The notes beneath the pieces are model-generated. The model had not been told where the DNA came from. It saw nothing but the letters and a program-made list of their open reading frames with translations, and did not search any database. A stretch of 62,036 bases of DNA from contig CAKARD010000001.1 of the NCBI GenBank assembly GCA_916720425.1, forward strand, positions 1 through 62,036, written 5' to 3'. How positions within the stretch are numbered: position 1 is the first letter of the stretch; every line of letters starts with the position of its first letter. Of the stretch, positions 56,865 through 62,036 are shown piece after piece. Made by a program: the position numbers and the translations under genes. Source of the stretch: an uncultured Kingella sp. GTDB lineage: Bacteria; Pseudomonadota; Gammaproteobacteria; Burkholderiales; Neisseriaceae.

Positions 56865-58190
56865 ATGATTCGCCATTATCATTTAACTTTATGCGCTTTG
56901 TTATTGGTTTCTTGTAGCACATACACCCCCAATATTCCTCCAGCACAACCCAATACAGCACCTGATACATTATCCAATCATATGATGCCAGTAGGTCATC
57001 CTGCTGCCTTGGGTTATACATGGCGGCCTAATGGTAGTTCTGCCAGCTACCGTGTTGTATCATTCAACGATTTGCCACAGTGGTCTTCGCAGGCATTTGC
57101 AGGAAGTTTACAAGCATTTAAGAATAGTTGTCTCAAATTATCAACCCAACGAGATTGGCAATACGCTTGTATGCAAGCCCAACATACCGCTAATAACGAC
57201 TCTGCAGCACGGGCATTTTTTGAACGCTATTTTACCGTGTGGCAAGTGAGTCAAAATGGACAACTATCAGGAAAAGTAACGGGTTATTATGAACCAGTTT
57301 TGCAGGGCAATATTCAGCCGTCTGCACAAGCACGCTTTCCTATTTATGGTATTCCAAGTGATTTTATTTCTGTACCCTTACCCACTAAATTAAAAAAGAG
57401 TCACCGTATCGTACGTATTTCTCAGACAGGAGCGCATAGCGGTGTTATTCAAAATAATGGTATGTATCTGGCCGATTTATCGCAATTTCCCATTAATGAG
57501 CGCACTCGTGCATTAAAAGGGCGATTTGTTGGTAACCGTTTTGTGCCTTATTTTACACGTGAACAAATCAATGCAGGCGCACTCAATGGTAGGGCACCCA
57601 TTTTAGGTTATGCCAGCGATCCTGTTGAATTATTTTTTATGCATATACAAGGATCAGGCAGATTACGCACCCCCAGCGGTCAATACGTGCGACTAGGTTT
57701 TGCTGACAAAAATGAATATCCTTATGTATCTATTGGAAAATATATGGCAGAACGCGGTTATCTGCCTTTAGCACAAACTTCAATGCAAGGGATTAAAGCA
57801 TGGATAGCACGCAATCCTAATAAATTAGCTGAAGTATTGGGAAAAAATCCCAGTTATGTTTTTTTTCGGGTATTAGAAGGGGCACCTGAACAAGGACCTG
57901 TAGGTGCATTGGGCGTGGCGTTGACTACACATTTTTCTGGCGCAGTGGATAAGCAGCACATCACATTGGGTGCACCTATTTATGTTGCGACCACTCACCC
58001 CGACACCAACCAAGCACTCAATCGCCTCATTATGGCGCAAGACACAGGTAGTGCGATCAAAGGAGCGGTGCGAGTAGATTATTTTTGGGGCTATGGTGAT
58101 CATGCAGGCCAAACTGCAGGCAAACAAAATCATGTTGGTTATGTTTGGCAATTATTGCCCCATGGTGTCATACCCAATTATCGCCCTTGA
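56865..58190 (+). CDS. mltA: Membrane-bound lytic murein transglycosylase A (lipoprotein)
   Basis: 441 aa. Lipobox LLVSC, MltA-specific and 3D domains (DTGSAIKG). Confidence 0.9.
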   Translation: MIRHYHLTLCALLLVSCSTYTPNIPPAQPNTAPDTLSNHMMPVGHPAALGYTWRPNGSSASYRVVSFNDLPQWSSQAFAGSLQAFKNSCLKLSTQRDWQYACMQAQHTANNDSAARAFFERYFTVWQVSQNGQLSGKVTGYYEPVLQGNIQPSAQARFPIYGIPSDFISVPLPTKLKKSHRIVRISQTGAHSGVIQNNGMYLADLSQFPINERTRALKGRFVGNRFVPYFTREQINAGALNGRAPILGYASDPVELFFMHIQGSGRLRTPSGQYVRLGFADKNEYPYVSIGKYMAERGYLPLAQTSMQGIKAWIARNPNKLAEVLGKNPSYVFFRVLEGAPEQGPVGALGVALTTHFSGAVDKQHITLGAPIYVATTHPDTNQALNRLIMAQDTGSAIKGAVRVDYFWGYGDHAGQTAGKQNHVGYVWQLLPHGVIPNYRP

Positions 58191-58249
58191 TATATTTTTA
58201 ATCAGTCTTAATTTGTTATACTTCTTTTATTTTGTCCTGAAAGCCTATC

Positions 58250-60727
58250 ATGACTGTCGCCAAACCATCCCCCATGATGCAACAATATCTTGCCATAAAA
58301 GCAGAGCATTCTGATAAATTAGTGTTTTATCGTATGGGGGATTTTTACGAATTATTTTTTGACGATGCAGTAGAAGCAGCAAAGTTACTAGATATTACCT
58401 TAACCACACGCGGACAACACAATGGCGAACCCATTAAAATGGCGGGTATTCCATATCATGCGGTAGAGCAATATCTTGCCAAACTGGTCAAATTGGGGCG
58501 TGTTGTAGCAATTTGTGAACAAGTGGGTGAAGTGGGCGCAAGTAAATTGGTAGAACGTAAAATCGTGCGTATTGTCAGTGCGGGAACCCTCACCGATAGT
58601 GCATTGTTGGAAGACAAGCAAACTAATCGTATTGCCGCAATAGGTGTGGGTAAAAAACAAACTGCCTTAGCGTGGGCTTCTTTAGAAAGCGGTGAATTTC
58701 GCGTTAAAATTATTCATCCTCAACAAATCACACATGAGTTAGCACGTTTATCACCTGCCGAATTATTATGTGATGATAAATTTTTATTACCAGAAGGTTG
58801 CATTAAAATTCCACTGAGTCGCTTAAATCATTGGCAATTTTCATCAGATGCGGGTTATCAATTATTAACCGATTATTTTGCCAGTCAAGATTTGCATGCA
58901 TTTGGTTTGGATTTAAACGAACATAGCATGGCTATTGGGGCGGCAGGTGCATTGTTGAACTATCTTAAAATCACCCAAAATCAGCTGCCTCCACATATGG
59001 ATGCATTGGTGTTAGAAAATGAACAACAATATATTGCCCTCGATGCCGCCACGCGCCGAAATTTAGAGTTAACACGAACAATAGGAGGACAGAATTCACC
59101 AACATTATTTTCTATATTAGATAATTGCGCCACGCATATGGGCAGCCGCTTATTGGCCAACTGGTTGCACCAACCCTTACGCAATCATGATCATATTCAA
59201 TCACGCTTGGATTCGGTACAAGCATTGTTGGAATGCTCATTTTCAGATATTCGAGCGCAACTAAAAAATATTGCTGATATTGAGCGTATCAGCGCACGTA
59301 TTGCATTACAATCAGCACGACCACGTGATTTATCCACCTTACGTGATAGTTTGTTTGCTTTGCATCACATCGTATTACCTCAAAGCAGTTTATTAACCAC
59401 TTTGTCAGAATATTTCCCAGCCACACGCCCCATTGCCGAATTATTGCATGCCAGTATTTTGCCAGAACCCTCTGTTTGGCTCAAAGACGGTGATGTTATT
59501 AATCATGGCTATCATCATGAATTAGATCAATTAAGACACATTCAAACTCACGGAGATGAATTTTTACGTAATTTACAAACCCAAGAAGCTGAACGCACAC
59601 AACTTTCTACCTTAAAAGTTGAATACAACCGCGTACATGGATTTTATATAGAATTGTCCAAAGCCCAAGCGCAATACGCACCCAGCGATTATCAGCGTCG
59701 CCAAACTTTAAAAAACACAGAACGCTTTATTACTCCTGAACTTAAAGCATTTGAAGAACAATTTTTGGTTGCCCAAGACAAAGCTTTAGCATTAGAAAAA
59801 ATGCTCTATGAACAATTGTTAAGTCAATTGCAATCACATTTGCCGATTTTACAGCAAACAGCACGTGCGGTTGCCACATTAGATGTTTTATGTAGTTTTG
59901 CGCATATTGCACAAACTCAGCACTACACACAACCCCAACTACATTCAGGCAATCTCATTGAAATAAAATCAGGACGACACCCAGTGGTAGAGCAACAAGT
60001 TCGCCACTTTACACCCAATCATACACAGTTGCATCATGAGAAACGCCTATGTTTGCTCACCGGCCCAAATATGGGGGGAAAATCCACCTATATGCGTCAA
60101 ATTGCTCTTATTGTCTTAATGGCACATATTGGTAGCTATGTACCTGCCGAATCTGCCACGATTGGTGCCATAGACCAAATTTTCACCCGCATTGGCGCAT
60201 CTGATGACTTAGCAAGTAACCGTTCTACCTTTATGGTAGAAATGTCTGAAACCGCCTATATTTTGCATCATGCCAGTCCTCATTCGCTGGTTTTAATGGA
60301 CGAAGTGGGACGTGGCACATCTACATTTGACGGTTTGGCATTGGCTCAAGCCATTGCTGAATATCTATTACAACACAACCAATCACTAAGCCTATTTGCC
60401 ACCCATTATTTTGAGTTAATCCATTTGTCAGAACAATATTCCAGTGCCTTTAATCAGCATTTAAGTGCGATAGAACAAGGGCAAAACATCGTCTTTTTGC
60501 ATCAAGTAGAAGAAGGTGCAGCGACCAAAAGTTATGGTATTGCCGTTGCCAAGCTAGCGGGATTACCTTTGCGTGCATTAAACACGGCTCGCAAACATCT
60601 TAAGGCACTAGAGCAACAGAGTTTATCGCCCCAAATGGATTTATTTGTTTCACCTAAGATTGAAGAAGCGCATACTTTACACCCCATATTAGAGCAATTA
60701 AACCAAATTAAAAGCCAAATAGATTAA
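58250..60727 (+). CDS. mutS: DNA mismatch repair protein MutS
   Basis: 825 aa. PMMQQYL, Walker [10 protein letters not shown], and C-terminal clamp-binding-like QMDLF. Confidence 0.96.
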   Translation: MTVAKPSPMMQQYLAIKAEHSDKLVFYRMGDFYELFFDDAVEAAKLLDITLTTRGQHNGEPIKMAGIPYHAVEQYLAKLVKLGRVVAICEQVGEVGASKLVERKIVRIVSAGTLTDSALLEDKQTNRIAAIGVGKKQTALAWASLESGEFRVKIIHPQQITHELARLSPAELLCDDKFLLPEGCIKIPLSRLNHWQFSSDAGYQLLTDYFASQDLHAFGLDLNEHSMAIGAAGALLNYLKITQNQLPPHMDALVLENEQQYIALDAATRRNLELTRTIGGQNSPTLFSILDNCATHMGSRLLANWLHQPLRNHDHIQSRLDSVQALLECSFSDIRAQLKNIADIERISARIALQSARPRDLSTLRDSLFALHHIVLPQSSLLTTLSEYFPATRPIAELLHASILPEPSVWLKDGDVINHGYHHELDQLRHIQTHGDEFLRNLQTQEAERTQLSTLKVEYNRVHGFYIELSKAQAQYAPSDYQRRQTLKNTERFITPELKAFEEQFLVAQDKALALEKMLYEQLLSQLQSHLPILQQTARAVATLDVLCSFAHIAQTQHYTQPQLHSGNLIEIKSGRHPVVEQQVRHFTPNHTQLHHEKRLCLLTGPNMGGKSTYMRQIALIVLMAHIGSYVPAESATIGAIDQIFTRIGASDDLASNRSTFMVEMSETAYILHHASPHSLVLMDEVGRGTSTFDGLALAQAIAEYLLQHNQSLSLFATHYFELIHLSEQYSSAFNQHLSAIEQGQNIVFLHQVEEGAATKSYGIAVAKLAGLPLRALNTARKHLKALEQQSLSPQMDLFVSPKIEEAHTLHPILEQLNQIKSQID

Positions 60728-60739
60728 CATTTTAAGCCA

Positions 60740-60787
60740 GAACACGCGTCTTGCCGCGTACCACGCGCAAAGGGGAATCCCCTTTGC
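60740..60787. repeat. Solo GC-rich box plus hairpin downstream of mutS
   Basis: GAACACGCGTCTTGCCGCGTACCACGC (24/27 identical to the 46098 copy), followed immediately by a perfect 9-bp hairpin GCAAAGGGG-AAT-CCCCTTTGC. Confidence 0.55.
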
Positions 60788-60837
60788 CATCCCCACCGAC
60801 CCCAAACGCTCACTATTATATTTAAAAACAGAATATT

Positions 60838-61422
60838 ATGAATCCAAAAAACAAAGCTCACCAACAACATAAAAATCAAATTCGTATTATTGGCGGACAA
60901 TTTAGCGGGAGAAAAATTTCCTTTGTGAGTGCAGAAGGTTTGCGCCCCACACCCGATAGCGTCCGTGAAAAACTATTTAATTGGCTAGGACAAGATTTAA
61001 CAGGGCAAAGCGTCCTAGATCTCTTTGCAGGCAGTGGTGCACTGGGTTTAGAAGCGCTATCACGTCATGCGCAACAAGTTGTATTCTGCGAAAAAAACAC
61101 CACGACTGCCCAACAATTACGCAAACAGATCCAACAGCTAAATACCACCCAACACGTTCAAGTATTAGAACAAGACGCGCTAAGTTATCTAGCACAAAGC
61201 ACACAAAAGTTTGACGTTATTTTTTTAGATCCACCGTTTGCATGGCAAAATTGGGCCATACTATTTGAAAGTCTATTGCCACGATTGCATGCCGATACGG
61301 CCATTTATTTAGAGGCCAGTATACTGCCCAATATACCATCCATGTTAAATATACACCGGCAAGGCAGGGCAGGAAAAAGCCAATTTTGTTTACTTTATCC
61401 AATGACGCAACAGTTTGAATAA
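60838..61422 (+). CDS. rsmD: 16S rRNA (guanine966-N2)-methyltransferase
   Basis: 194 aa. LDLFAGSGALGLEALSR SAM motif and FLDPPF. Confidence 0.88.
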   Translation: MNPKNKAHQQHKNQIRIIGGQFSGRKISFVSAEGLRPTPDSVREKLFNWLGQDLTGQSVLDLFAGSGALGLEALSRHAQQVVFCEKNTTTAQQLRKQIQQLNTTQHVQVLEQDALSYLAQSTQKFDVIFLDPPFAWQNWAILFESLLPRLHADTAIYLEASILPNIPSMLNIHRQGRAGKSQFCLLYPMTQQFE

Positions 61423-61496
61423 AAAGCATTTAATAATTATTATCAGAGTGTTAAAAAAGGGAGATAAAGCTGTTTTCATATTAAATTATGCTATAA

Positions 61497-61784
<288 letters not shown>

Positions 61785-61877
61785 AATATTTAAATAATAA
61801 ACAAAGTATTAAGATAAAATTTATAGATAACACTTGACTAAGTTTGAAGATATAAATTAAAATCCAGTTTCTCTTTA

Positions 61878-61961
61878 GGTGGGATTCCCGAGCGGCCAAA
61901 GGGGGCAGACTGTAAATCTGTTGCGAGAGCTTCGAAGGTTCGAATCCTTCTCCCACCACCA
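61878..61961 (+). tRNA. tRNA-Tyr (GUA)
   Basis: GGTGGGATTCCCGAGCGGCCAAAGGGGGCAGACTGTAAATCTG...TTCGAATCCTTCTCCCACCACCA. Long variable arm and GUA anticodon. Confidence 0.95.
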
Positions 61962-61985
61962 TATTTCATTTGGGGCAAGAGATAA

Positions 61986-62036
61986 GCGGGTGTAGCTCAA
62001 TGGTAGAGCAGAAGCCTTCCAAGCTTACGGTGAGGG
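61986..62036 (+). tRNA. tRNA-Gly (UCC), truncated by the window end
   Basis: GCGGGTGTAGCTCAATGGTAGAGCAGAAGCCTTCCAAGCTTACGGTGAGGG. D arm and UCC anticodon loop are present; the 3' part is missing. Confidence 0.85.

Overview
62-kb chromosomal window from a low-GC (about 40% by eye) betaproteobacterium that looks like a member of the Neisseriaceae. Supporting this are RmpM, an Omp85-type BamA, FolE2, an HMW1C-like N-glycosyltransferase and Correia-like repeats. There are about 55 protein genes, nearly all housekeeping: ispH, rpmE, lspA, dnaN, lpxD-skp-bamA-rseP-dxr, tal, cmk, dnaJ, asd, folE2, ogt, secB, rmpM, cysB, edd/zwf, queF-yhhQ, guaB, lysC, nosR-nosZ, a FepA-type receptor with a siderophore ABC importer, glnE, murA, mltA, mutS, rsmD and yfhL. 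The window also holds 4 tRNAs (Glu, Arg, Tyr, partial Gly), a TPP riboswitch, a preQ1-I riboswitch and one decayed binding-protein pseudogene. I saw no transposase, integrase, phage, CRISPR, toxin-antitoxin or recognisable defence genes, and I did not find a discrete multi-gene novel system. The items most worth a second look are non-coding or domain-level. (1) A decayed Correia-like MITE family sits at about 9 intergenic loci, supplying at least one promoter and two terminators. (2) A second, GC-rich 27-bp box repeat occurs at three loci, one of them inside the siderophore operon. (3) An orphan cytoplasmic N-glycosyltransferase carries a Lys/Thr-rich tail. (4) NosZ is a Tat lipoprotein with Ala/Ser/Pro-rich linkers and is separated from nosDFYL. 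(5) Classical operons are widely fragmented. Non-ORF coordinates were counted by hand from ORF anchors and may be off by 1-2 nt. Comparisons to reference sequences are from memory.
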